From a candidate division WOR-3 bacterium (GTDB lineage: Bacteria > Hydrothermota > UBA3072 > B12-G15): DNA of 60,069 nucleotides. The first letter of the stretch is position 1. Every line of letters begins with the position of its first letter. The translations under genes and the position numbers were made by a program. The stretch is from contig CBFGJG010000009.1 of the NCBI GenBank assembly GCA_965649055.1, positions 1-60,069 of the forward strand, given 5' to 3'. Below the pieces are notes generated by a model, which saw only the letters and a program-made list of their open reading frames with translations, was not told where the DNA came from and made no database searches. Below, piece by piece: positions 1 through 9,580 of the stretch.

Positions 1-315
1 ATTATCCAAACGCTAATGCAGATGTTGAGACAGTGCATAGATTAATAGAAGATGAGTTTTATTCAAGAGAGGATATCTTTTCAAAAGAAGATTTCATAAA
101 TAAAGCAACAACATATCATTTGTATTTCAATTTTATGAGGAAAAACTCACATAAAGATAATAAAACACCTGTTGATATATTAGAAGAATATAACCTACCT
201 TGTGTGTTAGCATATATACCACCTATAATAATTGATGAGATTTATGATAAAATTTTTAGACAAAACTTAAATGTTAATTATAATAAATTGTACCACCATG
301 TCCCTGATCTTCCCG
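1..315 (+). mobile_element. Insertion sequence copy A (end portion), terminus at nt 315
   Basis: nt 232-315 are the exact reverse complement of nt 59986-60069. Identity stops abruptly at 315/59986, which defines the element end ...CCACCATGTCCCTGATCTTCCCG. Confidence 0.75.
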
Positions 316-347
316 ATAATGAAAAAAAATTAATAAAAAAAATCTAA
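1..347 (+). CDS. DDE (integrase-core/rve type) transposase, C-terminal fragment; 5' end lies outside the window
   Basis: The frame is open from the window edge. The translation ...YPNANADVETVHRLIEDEFY...YHLYFNFMRKNSHKDNKTPVDIL resembles the region after the catalytic E of IS481/IS3-like transposases. The ORF runs through the IS terminus at 315. Confidence 0.6.
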   Translation, partial: YPNANADVETVHRLIEDEFYSREDIFSKEDFINKATTYHLYFNFMRKNSHKDNKTPVDILEEYNLPCVLAYIPPIIIDEIYDKIFRQNLNVNYNKLYHHVPDLPDNEKKLIKKI

Positions 348-360
348 TTTCTCAACAACT

Positions 361-3300
361 TTATATCTCTATCTCTGAAGATGTAAAATCTTTGATTTTT
401 TTCTTAAAACTATAAATATAATCTATTGGTATATGAAATAATTGTTTTTCCAAATTTTTTTTGGCATTATTAAGAAATTTTTTTCTTTTCAGTAAACAGT
501 AAAGTAAATAAAATGCTTTCCAAAGGATTAATATCGAATCCATTTTCTCACCGAGTGTTATTAACTCATCAAGGCACAATTTTAATCTATTTTCATCTTT
601 ATTTATATTATTTCTGATGTAGAATTCACAAAATCTCTGGTAAAAATCTACTTTATCAATTAATTTTTCTGAATCTGATAGGGTATTAAATGCTTCTTCA
701 ATATAATTTGAAGCATTATCAAAATTTTTAACACCTTCGTAATATCTTGACAAAGTAATATAATAATGAAATAAAAGACTTTTTTTAGGATATTTTTTTA
801 ATATATCATCTAATATAAGAATTTCATCTGTTCTATCAAAGTCATTAATATTAAAATAAGAGTTTAAAAGTGTTAATAAAGATACAATTTCGTATTCTTT
901 AAATGACTTCTCCTTAAAGAAATTATAAGCATTTTCAATCATTTTTATACTTTCTTCCGAGAGACCAATTAAGGAGTAAATCTCTCCCATCAAAAGAAAA
1001 TTCATATTTAATCCAATTTTATCCCCTATCTCTTTTCTGATCTCGTTAGATTTCAACAAATAATTAAGAGATAAATCAAACCTTCCTTGTAACTTATATA
1101 ACTTTGAAATATTAAACAATGTACTTGAATACCCTTTTCTGTCCCCTATTTTTAACCTCTTATCTAAAGCCTCATTAAAATAAAAAAATGCTTTTTTAAA
1201 ATCACAAAGGTCTAAGTATATTAATCCAATATTGTTCAATACACCTGACAATCCAGAAATGTCTTTTATCATCTCTTTAATAACTTTTGCTTCTTCATTT
1301 ATAATTAGTGATTCGTTTATTTTCCCATATATATATTTAATATTTGCGATATTTATTAGGCTTACTGAGTAGGAAGATTTATCGCCAATCTCTTTTGAAT
1401 ATTTTTTATGATCTTCAAAATAATTCATAGCTTCATCAAATCTTCCATAATAACTATAAATCAAACCAATATTATTTAATGTTGTTAAAATGGATCTTTT
1501 ATTGTTAATATTGGATTTTATCTCTAATACTTCCTTGAATTTCTTTTCAGCTTCATCAATCTCTCCGGTATAATAAAAAATTCCCCCGATATTATTTAGA
1601 ACAGTTGCTACCCCATCAAATTCGTTGTTCTTTTTAAACAAATCTAATGCTTTATTATAAAATTTCATAGCCTCATTAAAATTATTTTTAAAATGGTTAT
1701 TAATGCCAATATAGCAAAGGGCATAGGCTTCACCATGGACGTAATTAATTTCTCTACTTAACTCTAACGCTTTAAGTGCATAATTTAAAGCTTCGTCATA
1801 ATTACTTTGATGCCTGTATGTTTCTGAAATTATATTTAAGGTATCTATCTTTTTCTCAATGTTAAGCATCTCTGATGTTTCTAATGCTTTTACGAAATAA
1901 TCTCTTGCTATATCAAAAGAGGAAAGGTTATAGTAAACATGTCCGAGTCCTGTATATGCATCATATAATTTTTCTTTTTTTTCTGGAAATTCCTTCTCTA
2001 TTATTTCTATTGCCTTTTTAAAATAATTGATTGCTTCTTCATTTTTATACTCATTTTTCGCATTATTCCCTGCTTTTATACTATACTCCAAAGCCTTCTC
2101 CCATTTTCCTGCGTGGTTGAAATGGTATGCAAGAATACCAAAAAACTTTGACAAATCTTTGTTATGAGCACTTTCTATTGTTTCACCAACTGCATTATGT
2201 AAATACTTTCTTCTCTCTAACAATATCGAGTCATATACAACATCTTTAATAATAGCATGTCTAAAGATATACTCTATTTCACCTATCAAGTTTTTGTATA
2301 CTATCTGTTCTTCTTCAGCCATCTGTAAATATTTTAGAGTCATAATATCTTCCGTTATCCTCTCAATCAATTCTGGAGAAAATTCTATTCCTATAACACT
2401 ACCAATTCTTATTATCTCCTTTGTTTTTTCTTCAAGCCTATCTATACGAGACATTATGGCAGTGAAAATATTTATTGGTATCTCTTCTTCCTTGAAAGAT
2501 TGTGATTTCTTCCATTCTTTTTCTTCTTCTATTAAGAATCCTCTCTCAATTATATCAAGTACTATTTGTTCAAGATAAAAAGGGTTTCCTTCTGACTTTT
2601 TTAGAAGAATATCCTTTATATCCGAAGGAATCTTTTTATTCTTTAATAATTGATATAAAAGTCTTCCACAATCATCTACTTTTAATGGATTAATATCCAC
2701 ACTTAAAATTTTCAATTCCTTTTCAAATTGAATACCTTCTCTCAAGAAAGATACTGGCCTTCCAGAAAGTATAAATGTAAAGTTGTTTTTTTTCTGGGAT
2801 AAGATAAGTAACGCCCTTGTTACATAAGAGATAAGCTCTATCTCTTCTTTTGTCAAAAGGTGAATGTCATCAAAAATAATTAACAGAGGTTGTTCATAAG
2901 ATTCTATGTAGTAAATTATTCCATCACATAAATTTTCAAACATTAATTTTGGTGGGATATTTTGGAGAAAATCTTTATGAAACTGAAGACCAAAAAGCAT
3001 TGTCGACAAAAAAGGAATTTTATTAATTAGTTTTTCTTTTTTTGTCGATTTTATAAGTTTTACAAGTTTATCTAATTTTACTTCATCACTATCGTCTGAT
3101 GTAATCATTGCTTCTTTCTCAAACATAGTTCTAAATATACTAAAAGTGTCTTTCATTTCGTATTTAGAACCTTCAAGGATTTTGTGAGTGCTATTATATT
3201 TTCTTTTTAGTTCATACAATAATCTTGTTTTACCAATCCCGGCTTCACCTCTTATTAAAACAAGATTTGAACCTGATTCAATAGCTTTTGAAATCTTTTC

Positions 3301-4494
3301 TATCTCATAATCTCTCCCAACTAAGGTGAATATATATCTTTTGTCTTCGAGTATTCTAAGAGGAATAAATCTCCTTAAAGCTTTTTCTTTCCCTTTAACA
3401 TAAATAGGCGTTATCTCTTGTAAATCCAATCTTGCTTTTACATTACGAAAAGTTTCTTCAGAAACAATCACCATTCTATCTGCTGTCTCCATAAGTCTTT
3501 CAGCAGTATTCACAGTATCTCCTATTACAGTATACTCTTTCCTTAAATCTGAACCTATTATCCCACCATACACAAAACCTGTATCAATCCCTATATTTAT
3601 CTTGATATCGGGTAAATTTAACTTTATTATTTCCATTCCACATAAAACTGCGTTTACTATATCATCCCCGTGAGCAACTGGCGCTCCAAACAATAACATT
3701 ATATTACTTCCGATTTTATGGGGTAAAATCTTACCTACAGAACCTTTATACTTCTCTGTTATTCTTACTATTTCCGTGAAAATTTTATTAATTTTTTTAA
3801 TATCAATATTTTCTGTGTCATAACCAGAAATATTGATAAAAACAATACTTGTCCCTCTGTATTCATTAATTGTTTCTTCATTTGAATATCTCCTGAGACC
3901 TTCCAATAGAAAAGCATTAGAGTCTAATTTATTCCTTACTTTTTTCAACTTACAATCATATACAACATCAGTTTTGCTCGAAATGATATCTCCCATCTTA
4001 GCTTCATCTTCCAATTTCATTAGTTCTCTTACAGAAATTCCATCCAGAAAAAACTCTTTTCTCATTTCATTACCAATTACTGCCTCATACCATTCGCCAG
4101 TTGAAATTACACACTTTATATTAATGCTGAATTCTCCAAATTCAGTTTTTATTGACTTAAAATTACTTACCTCTTCCATCATTTTACGAGCACAACTCAA
4201 CGCCATCTCATTAGTCTTGTCTGTTCTTCCGTAGAAAGCGATAAGTAATGCATCCCCTCCAAATTTAAGGATATCACCGTCAAATTTATTAGAAATCTCA
4301 ATCATTTTACCGAAGTAATCATTAAGAATATGTGTAATTTTTTCTGTTCCCGCCTTCCCAAACTTGGATAACACTTCACACATATTTGTAAAGCCCGAAA
4401 TATCGGATAAAAGGAGTGAACCAGCAACTTTTGCAATACTAATATAAGGATCAATCTGCATTATTCTTCTTGGAAGAAATGGGTTTACTTTCAT
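361..4494 (-). CDS. Multidomain signalling protein: two tandem class III nucleotidyl cyclase domains, a P-loop STAND/AAA_16-type ATPase, and a long TPR array
   Basis: 1377-aa ORF. Cyclase 1 has LLLSDISGFT and KFGGDALLIAF. Cyclase 2 has IGIDTGFVYGGIIG and VIGDTVNTAERL. Walker A is GEAGIGKTRL and Walker B is LLIIFDDIH. The C-terminal half holds many 34-aa TPR-like repeats (A..YY..AL patterns). Confidence 0.85.
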   Translation of the reverse strand: MKVNPFLPRRIMQIDPYISIAKVAGSLLLSDISGFTNMCEVLSKFGKAGTEKITHILNDYFGKMIEISNKFDGDILKFGGDALLIAFYGRTDKTNEMALSCARKMMEEVSNFKSIKTEFGEFSINIKCVISTGEWYEAVIGNEMRKEFFLDGISVRELMKLEDEAKMGDIISSKTDVVYDCKLKKVRNKLDSNAFLLEGLRRYSNEETINEYRGTSIVFINISGYDTENIDIKKINKIFTEIVRITEKYKGSVGKILPHKIGSNIMLLFGAPVAHGDDIVNAVLCGMEIIKLNLPDIKINIGIDTGFVYGGIIGSDLRKEYTVIGDTVNTAERLMETADRMVIVSEETFRNVKARLDLQEITPIYVKGKEKALRRFIPLRILEDKRYIFTLVGRDYEIEKISKAIESGSNLVLIRGEAGIGKTRLLYELKRKYNSTHKILEGSKYEMKDTFSIFRTMFEKEAMITSDDSDEVKLDKLVKLIKSTKKEKLINKIPFLSTMLFGLQFHKDFLQNIPPKLMFENLCDGIIYYIESYEQPLLIIFDDIHLLTKEEIELISYVTRALLILSQKKNNFTFILSGRPVSFLREGIQFEKELKILSVDINPLKVDDCGRLLYQLLKNKKIPSDIKDILLKKSEGNPFYLEQIVLDIIERGFLIEEEKEWKKSQSFKEEEIPINIFTAIMSRIDRLEEKTKEIIRIGSVIGIEFSPELIERITEDIMTLKYLQMAEEEQIVYKNLIGEIEYIFRHAIIKDVVYDSILLERRKYLHNAVGETIESAHNKDLSKFFGILAYHFNHAGKWEKALEYSIKAGNNAKNEYKNEEAINYFKKAIEIIEKEFPEKKEKLYDAYTGLGHVYYNLSSFDIARDYFVKALETSEMLNIEKKIDTLNIISETYRHQSNYDEALNYALKALELSREINYVHGEAYALCYIGINNHFKNNFNEAMKFYNKALDLFKKNNEFDGVATVLNNIGGIFYYTGEIDEAEKKFKEVLEIKSNINNKRSILTTLNNIGLIYSYYGRFDEAMNYFEDHKKYSKEIGDKSSYSVSLINIANIKYIYGKINESLIINEEAKVIKEMIKDISGLSGVLNNIGLIYLDLCDFKKAFFYFNEALDKRLKIGDRKGYSSTLFNISKLYKLQGRFDLSLNYLLKSNEIRKEIGDKIGLNMNFLLMGEIYSLIGLSEESIKMIENAYNFFKEKSFKEYEIVSLLTLLNSYFNINDFDRTDEILILDDILKKYPKKSLLFHYYITLSRYYEGVKNFDNASNYIEEAFNTLSDSEKLIDKVDFYQRFCEFYIRNNINKDENRLKLCLDELITLGEKMDSILILWKAFYLLYCLLKRKKFLNNAKKNLEKQLFHIPIDYIYSFKKKIKDFTSSEIEI

Positions 4495-4502
4495 ATTTTT
4501 AA

Positions 4503-4531
4503 AATATAATTTGAAATTTTATTTTTGTCAA
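4503..4531 (-). promoter_or_regulatory. Predicted sigma70-type promoter of the cyclase gene
   Basis: On the minus strand: TTGACA, 17 nt, TATATT, 8 nt, ATG(4494). No Shine-Dalgarno between. Confidence 0.45.
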
Positions 4532-4681
4532 TATCTATAAAATCGTAGGCTTATATCATTTAAAATGCTAACTTTGATAATTTAAATTTTATTCAAATTG
4601 TCAATCGTTTATTTCCAAAATTACAAACTTTTTATTTTTTTCAAATACATTAAACTTTAAGATTTGTATTTCTTAAAATCC

Positions 4682-4709
4682 TTGACAATAAATCAAATGT
4701 TGTTATATT
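4682..4709 (+). promoter_or_regulatory. Predicted sigma70-type promoter of the yceD-rpmF-fab operon, leaderless geometry
   Basis: TTGACA(4682-4687), 16 nt with TG at 4701-4702, TATATT(4704-4709), 6 nt, ATG(4716). Confidence 0.6.
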
Positions 4710-4715
4710 GAGCGT

Positions 4716-5312
4716 ATGTTTAAAATTTATTTTAATGAAATTGTCTCTCCTAAATTTGAAAAGGAGATAATATTTAATAAAGAAAATATTGAAATAGATG
4801 AACTTGTTGGTAATGCTAAGGTTTCTATCATTATCATTAAATCAACAAACATCTACGAATTAAAAGGTTCGATAATATTCCGTCTAAAACTTCAATGTGC
4901 AAGATGTCTTGAATATTTTGAGAAGGATTACAAAGAGGAATTTGACATAATAGTAAGAAGGGGTCAGGATAAATTCGAAAAGGAACTTGAACTCAAGGAA
5001 GAAGATATAAATACAATTTTTGTAAATTATGATTTTATTGACTTGACACAAATCATAAGAGACTATATAATACTATCTATACCGATGAAGCCTTTATGTT
5101 CTTCTGAATGTAAAGGCATATGTGAAGTTTGTGGAATAAACCTTAATAAGAAAGATTGTGGACATAAAAAGGTTGAAACTATTGACCCGAGATGGGAAAA
5201 ACTTTATGAAATTTTAGGAGGAAAACATGGGAGTTCCAAAGAAAAGAGTATCAAAAACAAGAGGAAAAAAAAGAAGGACACATTACAAACTAAAGGCACC
5301 AACACTCGTTGA
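4716..5312 (+). CDS. yceD: YceD/DUF177 family protein (23S rRNA accumulation protein)
   Basis: Sits immediately upstream of rpmF, the conserved position. Cys-rich CSSECKGICEVCGINLN and DPRWEKL motifs. The ORF has no stop before rpmF and overlaps it by 86 nt. Confidence 0.7.
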   Translation: MFKIYFNEIVSPKFEKEIIFNKENIEIDELVGNAKVSIIIIKSTNIYELKGSIIFRLKLQCARCLEYFEKDYKEEFDIIVRRGQDKFEKELELKEEDINTIFVNYDFIDLTQIIRDYIILSIPMKPLCSSECKGICEVCGINLNKKDCGHKKVETIDPRWEKLYEILGGKHGSSKEKSIKNKRKKKKDTLQTKGTNTR

Positions 5313-5412
5313 GTGTCCGAAATGTCATGAACTTATGCAACCACACAGGGTTTGTCCTCACTGTGGATATTACAAGGGAAAACTCGTAGTAAAAGAGGTA
5401 AAGGAAATCTAA
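5227..5412 (+). CDS. rpmF: 50S ribosomal protein L32
   Basis: MGVPKKRVSKTRGKKRR N-terminus and CPKC...CPHCG zinc ribbon. SD GGAGG lies 5 nt upstream. Confidence 0.95.
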   Translation: MGVPKKRVSKTRGKKRRTHYKLKAPTLVECPKCHELMQPHRVCPHCGYYKGKLVVKEVKEI

Positions 5413-6398
5413 TGAGACTCGCTTTAGATGCAGCAAGTGGTGACTATGCACCAGTAGAGATAATAAATGGTGCTATTGAATTCTCCAAAATTAACAATGA
5501 AGTGAAATTCATCTTCATTGGTGATGAAAATGAGATAAAAAAACATAATATCCCGGAAGGCTCTGAAATAATGCACACAGATACAAGGATAGAGATGCAT
5601 GAACCACCAATTGAAGCATTCAAAAATAAAAAAGATTCTCCAATGGGAATTGGTCTGAAATTACAAAAGGAAGGTAAGGCTGATGCTTTCCTTTCAGCCG
5701 GAAATACCGGTGCGCTTGTTGCATTTTCCCTTTTTACGCTTGGAAGGCTTAAAGGAGTAAAAAGACCTGCACTTGCTACATTCTTCCCAACAAAAAAAGG
5801 TCATACACTTGTTCTTGATGTTGGTGCTAATTCTGATACCAGACCCGAATTTCTTTACCAGTTTGCTATAATGGGAACAGTTTATATGAACAAGGTTTAT
5901 GGAATTGAAAATCCCTCTGTTGGTCTTCTTTCAATGGGTGAGGAAAAAATAAAAGGAACAGGTATGATACAGGAAGCACATAAATTGCTTGAGGAAGGTA
6001 AAAACAAAGGTTTGATAAATTTCTATGGTAATATTGAGGGTCATGATATACTTGAAGGTGTTACGGATATATGTGTTATGGACGGATTCACTGGGAATGC
6101 AATTTTAAAATTTGGTGAATCACTTGTAGAATTCATAACCGATTTCTTAAAAGAAGAGGCGAAAAAATCAATCAAAGTGATGATTGGCGGTGCTATAATG
6201 AAACCCGTTCTGAAAGATCTTTTAAAGAAGGTTAATTATGAAGAGTATGGAGGTGCAGTGATACTTGGTGTTGATGGAATATCTGTAAAATGTCACGGGA
6301 AATCAAAAGCACCGGCAGTAAAGAGTGCAATAAATCTAACTTATAAATTTTATAAAGAGAAGGTAAACGAAGTTGTTAAAGAGGATCTTGAAAGATGA
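5412..6398 (+). CDS. plsX: Phosphate acyltransferase PlsX
   Basis: MRLALDAASGDYAP start and SAGNTGA motif, with rpmF-plsX synteny. The start is moved to ATG 5412, which overlaps the rpmF stop. The track ORF start at 5352 lies inside rpmF. Confidence 0.9.
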   Translation: MRLALDAASGDYAPVEIINGAIEFSKINNEVKFIFIGDENEIKKHNIPEGSEIMHTDTRIEMHEPPIEAFKNKKDSPMGIGLKLQKEGKADAFLSAGNTGALVAFSLFTLGRLKGVKRPALATFFPTKKGHTLVLDVGANSDTRPEFLYQFAIMGTVYMNKVYGIENPSVGLLSMGEEKIKGTGMIQEAHKLLEEGKNKGLINFYGNIEGHDILEGVTDICVMDGFTGNAILKFGESLVEFITDFLKEEAKKSIKVMIGGAIMKPVLKDLLKKVNYEEYGGAVILGVDGISVKCHGKSKAPAVKSAINLTYKFYKEKVNEVVKEDLER

Positions 6399-7321
6399 AG
6401 ACAGCAATTGTTTTTCCAGGACAGGGTTCTCAAAAGGTTGGTATGGCAAAAGATTTATATAATGATTTTGATGTGGCAAGAAATATTATTGATGATGCGG
6501 TCATAAAACTTGGGTTTGATATAAAAGAAATAATGTTCAACGGCCCTGAAGAAACATTGAAGGAATCAAAAAATACACAGGTTGCTATCTTAATACATTC
6601 TTACACTGTTTTTTCATTGGTTAAAGACTATGTAGAATATGATGCACTTGCAGGTCATTCACTTGGAGAATATTCAGCTTTACTCTGCGGTAATGTGATA
6701 AACTACGAAGATGCACTCCATATTGTTAGATTCAGAGGTGAATTAATGTCGAAGGCAGGTGAGGCAAAAAAGGGAACAATGGCAGCAGTTATAGGAATTA
6801 AAAAAGATATAGTTGAAGATGTTATAAATGAATTGAAAAAAGAAGGTATTATAACAATTGCAAACTACAATTCTTATGAACAGATAGTAATTTCAGGTGA
6901 ACCGGCTACAATAGAAAAGGCTTCAGGAATATTAAAAGAAAAAGGCGGGAAATGTATTCCATTAAAGGTAAGTGGTGCATTCCATTCTCCGTTGATGGAT
7001 GATGCATCAATCCCATTTAAGAAGGTTCTATCAAAGATTGAATTTAAGAATTCAGATAAAGATATATATTTTAATGTTACAGGTGATAAGGTAAAAGATA
7101 TTGAAAGAATAAGAGAGGTCCTCGATGAGCAGATTACAAGCTCTGTCAGATGGGTTTCTATCGTTGAAAATATGATTAAAGACGGGATAAAAAGATTTAT
7201 TGAAGTTGGTCCTGGAAATGTTCTATCAAAACTGATTAAATCTATCAAAAATGATGTGGAGACTTTAAACATCGGAACTTCTGAAGAAGTGAGGAGGTTT
7301 ATTGATGAGACTAAAGGATAA
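6395..7321 (+). CDS. fabD: Malonyl-CoA:ACP transacylase
   Basis: FPGQGSQ and GHSLGEYSAL motifs, in the fab cluster. Confidence 0.92.
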   Translation: MKTAIVFPGQGSQKVGMAKDLYNDFDVARNIIDDAVIKLGFDIKEIMFNGPEETLKESKNTQVAILIHSYTVFSLVKDYVEYDALAGHSLGEYSALLCGNVINYEDALHIVRFRGELMSKAGEAKKGTMAAVIGIKKDIVEDVINELKKEGIITIANYNSYEQIVISGEPATIEKASGILKEKGGKCIPLKVSGAFHSPLMDDASIPFKKVLSKIEFKNSDKDIYFNVTGDKVKDIERIREVLDEQITSSVRWVSIVENMIKDGIKRFIEVGPGNVLSKLIKSIKNDVETLNIGTSEEVRRFIDETKG

Positions 7322-8045
7322 GGTTGCTTTGATAACCGGTGGTTCAAGAGGAATTGGTAAAGGAATTGCTGAAAAATTTCTTCAAGAAGGGGCAAAAGTA
7401 ATAATAACCGATATTATAACTGAAGAAGGTGAAAAATTTGTTAATGAGGCAAAACAAAAAGGCTTTGAACTTTCCTTTTATAAATGTGATGTATCGGATT
7501 TCAAAGAAGTCGAAAAAACTGTTGATGAAATAATTAATATTTTTGGGAAGATAGATATACTTGTTAATAATGCAGGTATAACAAAAGATAAGATAATATT
7601 GATGATGCAAGAAGAAGATTTTGATAGGGTCATTAATGTTAATCTTAAAGGAACTTTCAATTTCACAAAATGTGTCCTGAAATATATGTCAAAGGCAAAA
7701 TACGGGAAGATTATAAATATATCTTCAATAATAGGGATTATGGGAAATGCCGGACAATCCAATTATGCAGCATCAAAAGCAGGTATTATTGGTTTTACAA
7801 AATCAATAGCGAAGGAATTTGGGAAAAGAAATATATGTGTCAATGCAATAGCACCCGGATTTATAAAGACACCTATGACAGAACAATTACCTGATAATGT
7901 AAAGGAAGAGTATTTTAAGGTGATCCCGCTTGGAAGATTTGGCGAGGTAGAAGATGTCTCAAACCTTGCTCTATTCCTTGCATCAGATGAATCTTCTTAT
8001 ATAACAGGGCAGGTTATACAGGTCGATGGTGGTTTATTAACTTGA
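7302..8045 (+). CDS. fabG: 3-oxoacyl-ACP reductase (SDR)
   Basis: TGGSRGIGKG, NNAG and YAASKAG motifs, positioned between fabD and acpP. Confidence 0.92.
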   Translation: MMRLKDKVALITGGSRGIGKGIAEKFLQEGAKVIITDIITEEGEKFVNEAKQKGFELSFYKCDVSDFKEVEKTVDEIINIFGKIDILVNNAGITKDKIILMMQEEDFDRVINVNLKGTFNFTKCVLKYMSKAKYGKIINISSIIGIMGNAGQSNYAASKAGIIGFTKSIAKEFGKRNICVNAIAPGFIKTPMTEQLPDNVKEEYFKVIPLGRFGEVEDVSNLALFLASDESSYITGQVIQVDGGLLT

Positions 8046-8072
8046 GAAAAATTAAACCAAAAGGGAGGTATT

Positions 8073-8306
8073 ATGGATATTGAAAAAAGGGTAAAACAGG
8101 TTATTATGGAACAGTTTGAGGTTAAAGAGTCAGAGGTCAAAGATGATGCACGTTTTATTGAAGACCTTAAAGCTGACTCAATTGGTATTTATGAATTGAT
8201 AATGAAACTTGAAGAAGAATTTGGTCTGAAGATTCCTGATGAAGATATGAAGGAATTAACAACAGTCGGGAAGGCAATAGAATACATAAAGAAAAAGAAA
8301 AGCTAA
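8073..8306 (+). CDS. acpP: Acyl carrier protein
   Basis: 77 aa with DLKADSIGIYELIMKLEEEFG (DSx phosphopantetheine site). SD AGGGAGG upstream. Confidence 0.93.
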   Translation: MDIEKRVKQVIMEQFEVKESEVKDDARFIEDLKADSIGIYELIMKLEEEFGLKIPDEDMKELTTVGKAIEYIKKKKS

Positions 8307-8329
8307 TTTTTCCTTTAAAAGGGTAAAAT

Positions 8330-9577
8330 ATGAAAAGAAGAACAGTAATAACTGGATTGGGTGTTTTAACACCTATTGGAAATAATGTTAAAGAATTCTG
8401 GGAAAGCCTTAAGAATGGTAAAAGTGGTATCGTTCATATAACAAAATTTGATGTCTCATCCGAAGAGTTTCCTGTGAAGATTGCTGGTGAGATCAAGGGC
8501 TTTAAACCAGAAGAAAGAATAGAATCAAGGTCCTTAAAAAGGATGGACCCGTTCACCCAATACACACTTTATGCAACAATTGAGGCAATAGAAGATTCTA
8601 AAATGGATCTTGGAAAAATAAACAAAGATAGGGTTGGTGTAATTATTGCTTCAGGCATAGGTGGTGTAACTGTCTGGGAAGAACAATTTAAAAGACTGTT
8701 GAACAATGGTCCATCAAGGGTTAATCCAATGTTTATTCCAATGCTTATTATAAACACCGCGCCAGGAACAATTGCAATACATTATGGTTTCAGAGGTCCA
8801 AATTTTTCAGTTGTTTCAGCATGCGCATCAAGTGGTCACGCGATAGGTGAATCTTTAAGAAAGATTCAGTATGGTGAAGCAGATATTATTATAACAGGAG
8901 GTGCTGAAGCACCAATTACTCCACTTGCACTTGCCGGATTTTCTGTTCTAAGGGCACTTTCAAAGAGAAATAATGAACCTGAAAAGGCATCAAGACCTTT
9001 TGACAGGGATAGAGATGGTTTTGTTATGGCAGAAGGATGCGGAATTTTAGTTCTTGAAGAACTTGAACACGCAAAGAAAAGAGGAGCAAGGATATATGCA
9101 GAAATCTCGGGATACGGGGCATCCGATGATGCATTTCATATAACCGCACCTGATGAATCAGCAGAAGGTCCTGCAATTGCAATGAAAAATGCAATAGCTG
9201 ATGCCGGATTAAAACCTGAAGACATTGATTATGTAAATGCGCATGGAACATCAACAGAACTAAATGATAAGATAGAAACAAAGGCTATAAAAAATACATT
9301 CGGAGAACATTCGAAGAAACTTGCCATCTCATCAACAAAGTCTATGACTGGACATCTTCTCGGCGCTGCTTCAGCGATTGAAGCAGTTGCAACTGTTTTA
9401 AGTGTTTATGAGGATTTTGTTCACCCAACGATAAACCTTGAGAATCCTGACCCGGAATGTGACCTTGATTATGTTCCCAATAGGGGAAGAAATATCACTG
9501 TGAATGCTGCAATATCTAACTCCTTTGGTTTTGGCGGACATAATGTAACACTGGTTTTTAAAAAATACAAGGAATAA
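8330..9577 (+). CDS. fabF: 3-oxoacyl-ACP synthase II
   Basis: 415 aa with active-site context [13 protein letters not shown], plus NAHGTST and GFGGHN motifs. Confidence 0.93.
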   Translation: MKRRTVITGLGVLTPIGNNVKEFWESLKNGKSGIVHITKFDVSSEEFPVKIAGEIKGFKPEERIESRSLKRMDPFTQYTLYATIEAIEDSKMDLGKINKDRVGVIIASGIGGVTVWEEQFKRLLNNGPSRVNPMFIPMLIINTAPGTIAIHYGFRGPNFSVVSACASSGHAIGESLRKIQYGEADIIITGGAEAPITPLALAGFSVLRALSKRNNEPEKASRPFDRDRDGFVMAEGCGILVLEELEHAKKRGARIYAEISGYGASDDAFHITAPDESAEGPAIAMKNAIADAGLKPEDIDYVNAHGTSTELNDKIETKAIKNTFGEHSKKLAISSTKSMTGHLLGAASAIEAVATVLSVYEDFVHPTINLENPDPECDLDYVPNRGRNITVNAAISNSFGFGGHNVTLVFKKYKE

Positions 9578-9580
9578 AAT

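Noticed and set aside
2294-4234. Plus-strand ORFs 2294-2578, 2502-2693 and 3833-4234
   Set aside because: These are shadow ORFs antisense to the 1377-aa cyclase-STAND gene. Their translations are Ser/Ile/Leu-rich and low-complexity.
361-4494. The cyclase gene as a Pycsar/CBASS-type antiphage signalling system, and MutS2/Smr (15307-17430) as a defence nuclease
   Set aside because: No adjacent effector is present (TIR, TM, nuclease or phospholipase with a cNMP sensor). The architecture matches housekeeping-type signal-transduction STAND cyclases. MutS2 is in its ordinary form and context.
5352-5411. N-terminal extensions of track ORFs: plsX from 5352, xseB from 17557, trx-like from 40283, rubrerythrin-like from 45580, argS from 53926, lipoprotein from 41389, permease from 33520
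   Set aside because: The extensions run through the preceding gene or lie upstream of the predicted promoter. Downstream ATGs give canonical protein N-termini and proper SD or leaderless geometry.
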